Positions 1 to 9,304 are shown, numbered from the stretch's first letter. The stretch is 64,000 nucleotides of DNA from an uncultured Aminicenantes bacterium (GCA_965195285.1 CBDAFS010000039.1:1-64000); one strand, 5' to 3'. Translations and numbers: made by a program. The notes: generated by a model not told the origin, from the sequence alone.

Positions 1-1
1 C

Positions 2-196
2 AACATGTATAACTTGGTTAAAACTCCCCTTTGAATCCAAGGTAATATCATTATCTGCTATTCTGATTGAATCATAAATGGGGTTTACAACTGTCCCGGA
101 AACCTTTATATTGAAAATCTGATTACTAGAATCTGAATGCATCCTTACAAAAACAAATAGAAAAATCAATATGAAAAGATTTCGTCCTTTGAGCAT
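2..196 (-). CDS. Exported protein, N-terminal part (runs off the left edge)
   Basis: Not in the ORF track. ATG at 196 preceded by GGAGG; reads MLKGRNLFILIFLFVFVRMHSDSSNQIFNIKVSGTVVNP..., signal-peptide-like and open to the edge. Confidence 0.75.
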   Translation of the reverse strand, partial: MLKGRNLFILIFLFVFVRMHSDSSNQIFNIKVSGTVVNPIYDSIRIADNDITLDSKGSFNQVIHV

Positions 197-305
197 TTAT
201 TCCTCCAGTTACATATTTCTTTGGTTATTATAACGCCATCAAATTTGAATTGTTACAACAACATAAGGTGATTTCATAGGAAATTTCCTTTTTAATCATA
301 TAGAA

Positions 306-334
306 ATATTAATAATATGTATGTTGAATGTCAA
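306..334 (-). promoter_or_regulatory. sigma70-type promoter for the edge gene
   Basis: TTGACA (334-329), 17-nt spacer, TAATAT (311-306). Confidence 0.55.
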
Positions 335-350
335 TGGATTGTGGTTTAAC

Positions 351-438
351 AATTCGGGGGACACCATACTTAATTTTTCAAATATGGCTTATCCAAGGAC
401 ATTATAATCGAATACTCAGGTATGATGTCCCTATAATT
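351..438. repeat. Imperfect inverted repeat (REP-like)
   Basis: aattcgggggacaccatac (351-369) matches the reverse complement of gtatgatgtccctataatt (420-438) at 15/19; an inner arm ggacattata lies at 397-406. Confidence 0.75.
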
Positions 439-439
439 T

Positions 440-489
440 ATAAACAATAGAAAAAAAATCAAAATCTCAAAAGACCGTCCCCACCCCCA
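440..489. repeat. 50-bp direct repeat, copy 1
   Basis: ataaacaatagaaaaaaaatcaaaatctcaaaagaccgtccccaccccca, 47/50 identical to 1751-1800. Confidence 0.95.
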
Positions 490-564
490 GATTCCCTTGC
501 AGGGTAATAGTACCAATACCACTAAAATTAGCTTGATCAAAATTTTATTTTTTGCCTGACTCAT
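490..564 (-). pseudogene. Truncated signal-peptide-bearing gene stump
   Basis: MSQAKNKILIKLILVVLVLLPCKGI looks like a signal peptide, then runs directly into the 50-bp repeat. Confidence 0.4.
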
Positions 565-772
565 ACTTATTCTCGATGCATCTTAAACGATAATTACAAT
601 TATTATAAAGAATATAATAAAAATAACAATAAATTACAAATCCAGGCTCCAATTTAAAAAGAGGAACAGTACCCTATTTTTAAAATGTCAAATTGTCAAG
701 CACCGTCACCCCATTTCCATTTTCCCCATTTTTTCACTGTTAAATAAATGGGATGTGTCCCTAAAAAAATCT

Positions 773-1399
773 TTATTGATATGTAACAACTAATTCAGGA
801 GAATAGTCACCACATTTTGCTTGTGTGAAGAATGCTGCATCCTCGATGTTGTCATTGTCCGTAGGGTTTGGGAAAAGCATTCTATACTGAGAGCGTGTTC
901 TGCCATTATTAATATCATCCTGAAGGCGTGCTGTAACATTCAAGGTTTTAAATTCAATAGATGCATTATTAGAGAGGATTCCAATATTGTCTTGAAGGGC
1001 GGCCAAATTATAATCAGCCCCATCCAAAGTAGCACCGTAATCTAAATGGTCTACAATGACATTTCCTAAATCAGTATAGGGCGTTCCAATAACCGCCTCT
1101 TGGTAGTTCCTCAAAGTGGAAGAGATAATATTGGAACCTGGCGGGATACTGCTGATATCAAAGCTTAGAAATCCTCGCACTCCAATATCGGCACCAGTAT
1201 CTCCAACCATTATTTGAGTCCAAGTTACAGCACTTCCCATGGAGGTAACAAAACCATCCACTCCCTTAGTACTGTTCAAAGTTACTGTTGAAGCTACTGT
1301 AGTCGGGTAACTATCGCCATCTGTTCCGCATGTTGTTAAAAGTACTGCGAGCAAGGCGGTTAATACTACGACCCCCAAAACTCTCAAACTACTTTTCAT
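773..1399 (-). CDS. Lipoprotein with DNRLRE-like beta-sandwich domain
   Basis: RBS GGAGG; lipobox LLTTC; RGFLSFDISSIP...SSTLR and C-terminal PELVVTY typical of DNRLRE-like domains. Confidence 0.75.
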   Translation of the reverse strand: MKSSLRVLGVVVLTALLAVLLTTCGTDGDSYPTTVASTVTLNSTKGVDGFVTSMGSAVTWTQIMVGDTGADIGVRGFLSFDISSIPPGSNIISSTLRNYQEAVIGTPYTDLGNVIVDHLDYGATLDGADYNLAALQDNIGILSNNASIEFKTLNVTARLQDDINNGRTRSQYRMLFPNPTDNDNIEDAAFFTQAKCGDYSPELVVTYQ

Positions 1400-1435
1400 G
1401 ACATCCTCCTTCCCCTCGGCTCAATAAACAAGGGG

Positions 1436-1516
1436 TCAAGTTTTCGTTTGACTGTTGGTGATAATATCCAGTATCTCATTAATCCTTTTGTTACGTTTAA
1501 CATATTTCTTCATCAT
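1436..1516 (-). CDS. 26-aa micro-ORF or gene remnant ending in a TGACCCC motif
   Basis: GAGGAG RBS, MMKKYVKRNKRINEILDIITNSQTKT*; the stop TGA is embedded in ACTTGACCCC. Confidence 0.3.
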   Translation of the reverse strand: MMKKYVKRNKRINEILDIITNSQTKT

Positions 1517-1750
1517 CTCCTCAGTTTTACTCAATGAACTACTCATTACTTCGCATCATTTACATAAATTATCATAAAATTTACACTTTTGCACGCACCG
1601 GTCCATATTTTATAAATTAACAATCCATCCCAATTTATCAGTTGCAACGTTTCAACCTACCGTCCCCTATTTTATAGAAAAATGGGGGATTTTATCCCTC
1701 TGGATTTCACCAGCTTGCTTGGTGTACTCAAGCAACATCCTTGGATTACC

Positions 1751-1800
1751 ATAAACAATAGAAAATAAATCAAAATTCCAAAAGACCGTCCCCACCCCCA
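1751..1800. repeat. 50-bp direct repeat, copy 2
   Basis: 47/50 identical to 440-489. Confidence 0.95.
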
Positions 1801-1813
1801 CGTTAATAATTAT

Positions 1814-1832
1814 GTATAATGTCCCTATAATT
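1814..1832. repeat. Second copy of the 19-bp arm
   Basis: gtataatgtccctataatt, 18/19 identical to 420-438 and inverted relative to 351-369. Confidence 0.85.
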
Positions 1833-1839
1833 TCTCGGT

Positions 1840-2298
1840 CTATTTTTTTATTGTCTTTATCCGCTCTTTGTGGAAAAAAATGATGATTAAACCGGGTATG
1901 AGAAACAAGATGTCCCATAATATCGATATAATTAAACTTTCCGTTCCGTCCTGAGAAGTGGTAAAACATCCGCAAGTGATATCCAGTCCCCTGAGGGCAT
2001 TTAACCCCATTGCCGCTATAAAAACCAGCAACATCAGGCTGAGCAGAATCGAGGGTGTCCGGATCATCAGTCCGGAAATCAGCAGCAGGCCACAGATCAT
2101 TTCAAACCAGGGAAGAATACCCGCAACCCAGTATATGGCGATATCCGGAATCAGGTTATAATCATAGACGATTCTGGCAAAATCATGGGGATGTGCGATT
2201 TTGTCCAGGCTGGCATATATAAATAATCCACCCAGAATAACCCGGCAGAGGAACTGAACCGAATAATGTCCTAAAAGATTTGATATTTTAGTCTTCAT
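1840..2298 (-). CDS. DoxX/MauE family membrane protein
   Basis: R.ILGGLFIYASLDKI, LPWFE, GLDITCGCF motifs. Confidence 0.9.
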   Translation of the reverse strand: MKTKISNLLGHYSVQFLCRVILGGLFIYASLDKIAHPHDFARIVYDYNLIPDIAIYWVAGILPWFEMICGLLLISGLMIRTPSILLSLMLLVFIAAMGLNALRGLDITCGCFTTSQDGTESLIISILWDILFLIPGLIIIFFHKERIKTIKK

Positions 2299-2800
2299 CT
2301 TGATTTAATCCCCGGATTTCTGCTTTAACCCCGAGGCCCAACTCCACCCATTGCTGTATGCCTCCCCTGAACACAAACACATTCTCATGTCCCTTTTTAA
2401 AAAGCAACCTGGCCAGGAGCAGTGAATCCGTACAAGAATCATCGCTACAATAGGTGACGATTATTTTATTCTGCCGGAATAAAGGCGATTGTTTCGGATA
2501 AACCCGGTCAAAATCAGAGATGGGCAGGTTAACGGCGTCAGGAATATGTTTTATCCGGTATTCCATTTCAATCCGGGCATCCACTAAAATGATCTGTCCC
2601 TGATCTTTCAGGGATTTAAGCATTTCTACATTGATTTCATCAATGATCGGCTGCTCGCCCAATACCGAAGAATCAGAAGAATTAAGGGGATCATATTTTT
2701 TCAACAACAGTAACGGTTCGCCCAGGATATAGTTGTACAGAAGCGCGCACATAAAGCTGATCAAAACAATTAATACGGTTTGGATCAAAAATCGTCTCAT
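2288..2800 (-). CDS. Membrane-anchored rhodanese-like domain protein
   Basis: LVDAR...HIPDAVNLP, YCSDDSC, GGIQQW; N-terminal TM helix. Confidence 0.9.
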   Translation of the reverse strand: MRRFLIQTVLIVLISFMCALLYNYILGEPLLLLKKYDPLNSSDSSVLGEQPIIDEINVEMLKSLKDQGQIILVDARIEMEYRIKHIPDAVNLPISDFDRVYPKQSPLFRQNKIIVTYCSDDSCTDSLLLARLLFKKGHENVFVFRGGIQQWVELGLGVKAEIRGLNQDED

Positions 2801-2822
2801 CCTATTTCACCTGGTGCATCTC

Positions 2823-2851
2823 ATGTTAATATGTTTCTATTTGGTTGTCAA
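2823..2851 (-). promoter_or_regulatory. sigma70-type promoter for rhodanese-DoxX
   Basis: TTGACA, 17 nt, TAACAT. Confidence 0.55.
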
Positions 2852-2875
2852 TCCGATTGGTTCCTCTGTTGAAAC

Positions 2876-3742
2876 TTAAACCCAGGCAATCAGGAATACC
2901 CCTAAAACCATGATAATCGAACCGGTCAGGCGTTCGGCAAATCCCTTTTCCTTTAAAAACAGATAACCGAACCAGATACCCAAAATCACACTGGTCCTCT
3001 TGATGGAAATCACATATGCCACCAGGGTTAAGGCAATGGCTGACATCTGAAAAATCGATCGCAGTGCTGTCAGCAGTCCGATAGACAGCAGTGGCTTAAG
3101 CATTGGCATCGATAAACGGATTTTATTTCTGCGCAAGCGGTATAAGACCAGGGGTAAAAAGATTATAGCAGAAGCCACATGGGTAGAGAGTACCCAGAAA
3201 AGAACCGATGAGTTTATAACCCCTATTTTGTCAATGTTGGAGGTGAGGCTCCATATAAATGCCACCAGCAGCATGTACCGGGGCCCTCTTTCACGCATCA
3301 GTGCCCGAATGGGGCTCCAGAGCCCCTTCTGCTTTTCTTTGACATTCAGAATATAAGCACCGCAGACAATCAGTATTATTCCGATCAAACCCTTTAAATC
3401 CGGGAATTCCCCGACAATCAGCGGAGAGGTGGCCAGCAGGAAAACCGGGGTAAATGTCACCATGGGCAAGGAAATGGACAGATCAGAATGTTTCAGGGCT
3501 TTCATATACAGCAGGCTGGCTAACACATTCAAAATCGTACCCGCTAACAAGGCCAGCCAGAACCGATTTGATAATACGGGAATCTCTATAAAAAACAAGG
3601 CCAGTAGTAAAACCGGCAGGGAAAACATATACATGGACCCGGAGACCAGATACTCATCGGTCGTTTTAAGGCTTTTCTTGCAGATGACATCCTTGACTGC
3701 TTCAAAAAGAGCGGTCAGAATCGAAAACAACAACCACATCAT
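2876..3742 (-). CDS. EamA/DMT family transporter
   Basis: About 10 hydrophobic segments in two EamA repeats. Confidence 0.88.
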   Translation of the reverse strand: MMWLLFSILTALFEAVKDVICKKSLKTTDEYLVSGSMYMFSLPVLLLALFFIEIPVLSNRFWLALLAGTILNVLASLLYMKALKHSDLSISLPMVTFTPVFLLATSPLIVGEFPDLKGLIGIILIVCGAYILNVKEKQKGLWSPIRALMRERGPRYMLLVAFIWSLTSNIDKIGVINSSVLFWVLSTHVASAIIFLPLVLYRLRRNKIRLSMPMLKPLLSIGLLTALRSIFQMSAIALTLVAYVISIKRTSVILGIWFGYLFLKEKGFAERLTGSIIMVLGVFLIAWV

Positions 3743-3783
3743 ATCACCATTCGATCCGATATCAGATGGCTAAATGGTCAGGA

Positions 3784-6700
3784 TTATTTAACCTTTATCT
3801 TGGAAAACATGGTATACAACACCGGAACAATAAACAGGGTCAGAAAAGTAGAAGCAAAAAGACCGCCGATCAAGGCAATGGCCATGGGTGAGCGCATTTC
3901 CGCTCCCTCGCTTGATGATAGTGCCATGGGCAGCATACCGCAAATGGTCGACAGAGCGGTGATCAGGATGGGCCTCATGCGAATAACCGCTCCCTTAATC
4001 ACCGCATCGTATTTTTCCATTCCGCGGGCAATCAATTGATTGATATAGTCAACCATGACAATTCCATTGTTGACCACTATTCCCCCTAACATAATGAATC
4101 CCATGATGGCGGATAGACTGATGTTCTTCCCGGTCAGGGCCATCAATGCCACCACTCCGATAAAAGCCATGGGAATGGTAAACATGATGATAAAGGGAAA
4201 TTTCAAATTTTCAAACTGGGAAGCCATCACCGCATATACCAGGACAATGGCTAACAGGAGAGCCAGCCCCATGGTTTTGAAAGATTCGATCATATCCTTG
4301 TACTGTCCGCCCATTTCATAAAAATAACCCTCAGGTAAATTATCCACTATTGATTTGCTCTTTTCCACTATCTCTGAAATGATTCCGCTTAAATCTCTAT
4401 CGATATAATTGGCATTGACACTGACTTTTCGGACCTGGTTTTCCCGGTCGATTTTCACCGCACCGAAAGCATTCTTGAAGTTTACTACCTGAGAGAGATA
4501 TACCTTGCTTCCCTGGGAGGTAATAATGGGAAGTTTTTTCAATGCCTCCAGGCTGTTTCTGTCTTTTTCCTCCAGCCGGACCCGGATATCCCTCTCCTCT
4601 CCCTCCAGCATCATCCGGGAGACCACGGTCCCTATGGTAAAGGTCTCAACCTGACGGGAAATATCATAAGGGGTCAGGCCCAGTTTTGAAGCTTCCTCTT
4701 TTTTAATTTCCAGCAGTATTTCAGGTTTGCGTTTTTGCATGGATATTTCCACATCCCTTATACCTTCGATACCTGATATTTTTTCTTTGATCTGTTCGGC
4801 GATCATCTGCAACCTGTCCAGTTCACGGCCAAAAAAGCTGAATTCAATGGGACTGGTTCCGGAGTCACCCATCATGGATGAGGCCACATCAACAAACTGG
4901 ACTTTTCCGGTACTCAGTTCGGGAAAATACTGACGCCATTGTTCCAATATCTCCTTATCGGAAATATCCCGCTTGCTGCTGGTCACCAGATACGACCACA
5001 ATACCGCTTCATACGATCCGGACGGGGTAAAAGGAGAACCCGAATCCTGGGCATTCTGTTCGCTCAATCCCACATTGATCATGGTGGAAAGGGCATTTTT
5101 ATCTTTCACCGATTGATCTTCCAGGTATTTTATAATTCTGTTGGTCTCGGCGATATTGGTCCCCACCGGCATGGTTAGTTTCAATACAATCATGGATCGG
5201 TCCACATCGGGCATAAATTCCGCACCCATTAAAAATGTTACCACCAGAGAAACAACAAAAATCAGCAATACCGATATCAAGGCTAATTTTCTTCTTTTCA
5301 ATACCCGGTGGAGCCATTTTTCATATATATTTCTGAATCGCAAGAATTTCTCTTTTCCCAGGGTCAGGGCCGTTTTTTTGGCATTCTTCTTTACCTTGAA
5401 AAGCCAGGATGCTAACATGGGAATGATGGTCAGGGCCACAAAGAGGGAGGATAACAGGGAGAAGGCAACGGTCAGCGCCATTCCCTGGGATAATTTTCCT
5501 GCAATTCCGGAGGCAAAAATCATGGGGAAGAAAACCGCTATGGTGGTTAAGGTTGAGGCGATAATGGCTGTGGCCACCTCTGAAGTGCCCACCTTGGCAG
5601 CCTCGTAGCTGGATTTACCCTCTTCCAGATGGCGGAAGATACTCTCAATTACCACCACGGCATTGTCCACTAACATGCCCACCCCCAGGGCCAGACCTCC
5701 CAGGGTGATCAGGTTTAGAGTATAGTTGGCCAGATCCATGGCAATAAACGTGGCAATAACCGAAAGCGGAATGGCAATGGCAATGGCCAGGGTGGGCCGG
5801 ATATTTCTCAGGAATACGAAAATGAGCAGCATGGCTAATAAGCCTCCCACCAGGATATTATTGGCACTTTTTACCGACATGATCTCGATGATTCGGGAAA
5901 AGTCCATGGCAATGCCAAATTCGAGATCCGGATCCAGGGTGGGCTTGATCTGTTCCAGGGTCTCTTTGACCTGTCGGGCTACCAGAACCGTATTGGCACC
6001 TGAACTCTTGGTAACGATCATCATGATGCCTTTGGTTCCGTTCATTCTGACCAGAGCCCTCATTTCCTTGTTGGCTTCCCTGGTTTCGGCGATATCCTTT
6101 AAAAATATGGGTTCGCCCCTGCTGCCCAAACCCACAACAACATCATTGATCTCTTCAACGGTTTTAAATTCACCGATGGTTCGGATTAAAAATTCCTTGT
6201 GCTCTTCTTCCAGGTACCCCGAAGGTAAATTTATATTGGAGGCTTGAATGGCCTGTTCCACCTGGGTAATGGACAGACCCCGGGATTCTAATTTTCCCTT
6301 GTTTACATTTATTAGGACTTCTGCCTCTTCCGGAGACCAGACCATGGCCGATGCCACTCCATCCAGGCGTTCCAGCCGGGTGGCCACTTCGTTGTCAATG
6401 TATTCTTTCTGCTTTTTTAATTCCCGTTTTCCACCGGTAATTCCATACATCATAATGGGCATATCGGTGAAATTAAACTTCACCACCATAGGATCACTGA
6501 TCCCGTCGGGCAAATAGGCATCAAAAATCCCGATCTTATCCCGGACATCCTGGGCGGCGAAATCCAGGTTGGTACCGGATTCAAACTCCACCATCAGGAT
6601 GGATAAACCTTCCTGGGAAACCGATTTGATTTCCTTGACATTTGAAACCGTTGATACCCACTGCTCCAGGGGCCGGGTCACGGTCGCTTCAATATCTTCG

Positions 6701-6867
6701 GAAGCCACCCCGGAATAACTGGTAATCACCGACACATAGGGCATTTCCATATCCGGGAACATGTCCAGCCCCAGACGCCCGAAAGAGATAAAACCCAGGA
6801 TTACAACGACCATCACGATCATGGAGACGGTGACCCGTCTTTTCAATGAAAAATCAATGATCTTCAT
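3784..6867 (-). CDS. RND efflux permease (AcrB/SwrC-like)
   Basis: 1027 aa; GMLVDNAVVVIE, GIVVNNGIVMVD, RMRPILITA motifs. Confidence 0.96.
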   Translation of the reverse strand: MKIIDFSLKRRVTVSMIVMVVVILGFISFGRLGLDMFPDMEMPYVSVITSYSGVASEDIEATVTRPLEQWVSTVSNVKEIKSVSQEGLSILMVEFESGTNLDFAAQDVRDKIGIFDAYLPDGISDPMVVKFNFTDMPIMMYGITGGKRELKKQKEYIDNEVATRLERLDGVASAMVWSPEEAEVLINVNKGKLESRGLSITQVEQAIQASNINLPSGYLEEEHKEFLIRTIGEFKTVEEINDVVVGLGSRGEPIFLKDIAETREANKEMRALVRMNGTKGIMMIVTKSSGANTVLVARQVKETLEQIKPTLDPDLEFGIAMDFSRIIEIMSVKSANNILVGGLLAMLLIFVFLRNIRPTLAIAIAIPLSVIATFIAMDLANYTLNLITLGGLALGVGMLVDNAVVVIESIFRHLEEGKSSYEAAKVGTSEVATAIIASTLTTIAVFFPMIFASGIAGKLSQGMALTVAFSLLSSLFVALTIIPMLASWLFKVKKNAKKTALTLGKEKFLRFRNIYEKWLHRVLKRRKLALISVLLIFVVSLVVTFLMGAEFMPDVDRSMIVLKLTMPVGTNIAETNRIIKYLEDQSVKDKNALSTMINVGLSEQNAQDSGSPFTPSGSYEAVLWSYLVTSSKRDISDKEILEQWRQYFPELSTGKVQFVDVASSMMGDSGTSPIEFSFFGRELDRLQMIAEQIKEKISGIEGIRDVEISMQKRKPEILLEIKKEEASKLGLTPYDISRQVETFTIGTVVSRMMLEGEERDIRVRLEEKDRNSLEALKKLPIITSQGSKVYLSQVVNFKNAFGAVKIDRENQVRKVSVNANYIDRDLSGIISEIVEKSKSIVDNLPEGYFYEMGGQYKDMIESFKTMGLALLLAIVLVYAVMASQFENLKFPFIIMFTIPMAFIGVVALMALTGKNISLSAIMGFIMLGGIVVNNGIVMVDYINQLIARGMEKYDAVIKGAVIRMRPILITALSTICGMLPMALSSSEGAEMRSPMAIALIGGLFASTFLTLFIVPVLYTMFSKIKVK

Positions 6868-7946
6868 TTGCCAGCTCCTTCCAGGGCAATGAGGGATCCG
6901 TCCTTCAGATCATAGTTTCCCTCAACCACGACCAGCTGACCGGTTGTCAATCCTTCTAAAATCTCCACTTGCTTATCATTTTTCTCGCCGGCTTTAACTG
7001 TTATTGTCCTGGACTTACCATCCTCAAACAATACCACAAATTGATCATCAACCAGTGCAGATAGTGGGAGGGTAATCACATCCTTTTTCCGGGAAATCTG
7101 AATCATGACTTCAGCGAAAACACCAGCTTTTATTTTTATGTCCGGGTTGTCAATTTTGATTTCCACTTTAAAGGTTTTGGAAACCGGATCGGCAGCCAGG
7201 TTTTTACTGTATACTTCACCGTTGAAAACTTGATCACCCAAACTCATTACCGTGGCCAAACAATTCTGGCCTATTTGAATTATTTCAATGTCCTCGCTGG
7301 GAATATCCAGCACTATTTTAACCTGACTCAAATCCATGAGGGTGAGCACATTGGCCCCCATTCCCATCATTGGATTGATCATATCCCCTTCTTCCATATT
7401 TTTGGAGGTGATGATACCGTCAAAGGGGGCCTTCATGATGGAATTCTCCAGAGTATGCTTGATCACATTGAGATTGGCCTCGGCACTTTTTTTTTGGGCA
7501 TCAGCGGATTCAAAGCCAAGTTGGGCTTTCTCTAATTGCATCTGGGAAATGGCATTTTTTCCCCGTAATTTTTCCAGCCGGCTTACATTCAATTTGGCAT
7601 CCTTATAACCGGCATTGGCTACTCCCAGGGAAGCCTGGGCCTGTTTTAACTGAAGCTTTAGTGTGGTGGTATCTACTTCAGCCAGCAGGTCACCCTTTTG
7701 TACCCGATCGCCCTGCTTCTTGTAAATCTTCCAAATTCTGCCCGAGGCATCCGGAGCAATATTGGCGGTTTTCCAAGAAGAAACCGTACCCTTGTATTGC
7801 AGAAATTTTGAAAACTCACCTTTGCTAACCTCCACTACTTTTACTTTAATGGGATTTTTCTCCAAAACCTTTTCTTCACTTTTCCCCTTTGAACATCCCA
7901 TATAAATCATTAACAATGATATTGACAACATTAAAACTCGTTTCAT
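6864..7946 (-). CDS. RND efflux periplasmic adaptor (MFP), lipoprotein
   Basis: Lipobox MGC; KQGDRVQKGDLL biotinyl-lipoyl-like motif; APFDGII; 4-nt overlap with the permease. Confidence 0.95.
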   Translation of the reverse strand: MKRVLMLSISLLMIYMGCSKGKSEEKVLEKNPIKVKVVEVSKGEFSKFLQYKGTVSSWKTANIAPDASGRIWKIYKKQGDRVQKGDLLAEVDTTTLKLQLKQAQASLGVANAGYKDAKLNVSRLEKLRGKNAISQMQLEKAQLGFESADAQKKSAEANLNVIKHTLENSIMKAPFDGIITSKNMEEGDMINPMMGMGANVLTLMDLSQVKIVLDIPSEDIEIIQIGQNCLATVMSLGDQVFNGEVYSKNLAADPVSKTFKVEIKIDNPDIKIKAGVFAEVMIQISRKKDVITLPLSALVDDQFVVLFEDGKSRTITVKAGEKNDKQVEILEGLTTGQLVVVEGNYDLKDGSLIALEGAGK

Positions 7947-9268
7947 TCTATACCTCCGTTTAGGCTAACGCCTGATATTTTTTCCATGGTTGAAAGGGCA
8001 ATATTATAGTTGTATAGTGCCTGAAGGTACATCACCCTGGCCTGTGTTAAGGCATTTATCGATGTGTTCAGTTCAAGGATTGAAATCATACCCTCCTGGT
8101 AATTCAGTTCGGCAATCCTGACCCCCTCTTTGGCGGTTTCAATATTCTTCAGACCCAATAAAATGTTTTCGTATTCTTCCTGCATGGTCAAATACAAATC
8201 TTTCACTTCCATTCGGGTTGCATCGCTCAGTTCTTTTACATTCATGTTAAGGATTTTTTTCAACACCCTCATCTCCCCTACTTCGGCACTCCTTCTCAAA
8301 CCATTGAATATGGGAAAACTGACACCCAGAATGACTGAATAAAAGTTTTCCCAATTACCCGCTCTGAAATTCAGGTTATCGGAACGATAACTGTAGGTGG
8401 CCACCAGGGAAAAATCAGGAACATACTGGGCCCAGGTCATTTTCAAGAGATTATTGGTTTTCTGAACCTCCATTTTTAACTGCAAAATTTCAGAACGGTT
8501 GATCAGGGCATCCTGAACCAGTTCGGAGAGAACCAGTTGCTTTTTATCATATCCCAGTGATCCGGATACCCGGACATTGGTCTTATCGGGTAGCCCTAAC
8601 ATGACTTTCAAATTGGCCTGCATCATCTTCAGAAGTTTGGTTATATTCAGTATTTTCGGTTTGGCTGAACTCACTGATAATTCAGCCTGTAAAAGATCAT
8701 ATTTCGAAACCATTCCCAGCTGATAGCTCTCCTTGACATTCAGGTAATTCTTCTCTGCCAATTGCAGTGCCTCCTGATGGGTTTTAAACAATTCGTTCAA
8801 GACCTGTATATTGAAGAATATTTTATTTACATTCAATATTAGGTCTTCTTTGGAATTTTTCAGTTTTTCTTTGGCTATTTTCAGATCGATCCGGGCATTT
8901 TTAAATGAATACCAGATTTTCCCCCCGGTAAAAACCGGTTGAACAATCTGAACATTGAACTCATAGTTTTTAGTGAAATCCAGAGCAATTTTAGTAGGTT
9001 CTTCGCCGGGAATCAGTGGTGGCATCTCCAGTTCCATCAACTTCTCATCCAAAACCCGATAACCTTCAATGGACACCTGGGGCAAAAAACCCAGATTCTT
9101 CTGCACACCGTACCGGGCCTGCTTCACTTCCTGCTGACTGATCAAATATCTGGTATTGTTCTTGAGCGCCATATCGATCGCTTTATCAATGGTTAAATGG
9201 ATAACCTGATCCGAATACAGGAAAAACCCACCTATAATGATTAATAGCACTATCATGTTTTTTTTCAT
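7943..9268 (-). CDS. TolC family outer membrane channel
   Basis: Signal peptide, two OEP repeats (QPVFTGG, FPIFNG), operon context. Confidence 0.93.
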   Translation of the reverse strand: MKKNMIVLLIIIGGFFLYSDQVIHLTIDKAIDMALKNNTRYLISQQEVKQARYGVQKNLGFLPQVSIEGYRVLDEKLMELEMPPLIPGEEPTKIALDFTKNYEFNVQIVQPVFTGGKIWYSFKNARIDLKIAKEKLKNSKEDLILNVNKIFFNIQVLNELFKTHQEALQLAEKNYLNVKESYQLGMVSKYDLLQAELSVSSAKPKILNITKLLKMMQANLKVMLGLPDKTNVRVSGSLGYDKKQLVLSELVQDALINRSEILQLKMEVQKTNNLLKMTWAQYVPDFSLVATYSYRSDNLNFRAGNWENFYSVILGVSFPIFNGLRRSAEVGEMRVLKKILNMNVKELSDATRMEVKDLYLTMQEEYENILLGLKNIETAKEGVRIAELNYQEGMISILELNTSINALTQARVMYLQALYNYNIALSTMEKISGVSLNGGIE

Positions 9269-9304
9269 TTCAACCTCCGTCTACGTACTCATCATATTGA
9301 AAAA

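Noticed and set aside
351-1832. CRISPR array or integron attC array
   Set aside because: Repeats are heterogeneous and irregularly spaced; no cas or intI genes; no convincing RYYYAAC...GTTRRRY pairs
1667-1975. 102-aa minus-strand ORF
   Set aside because: Overlaps DoxX out of frame and reads through the repeat modules; no protein-like motifs
3429-9196. Numerous plus-strand ORFs opposite the efflux operon and EamA
   Set aside because: Antisense shadows of well-supported genes; the same applies to similar shadow ORFs throughout the window
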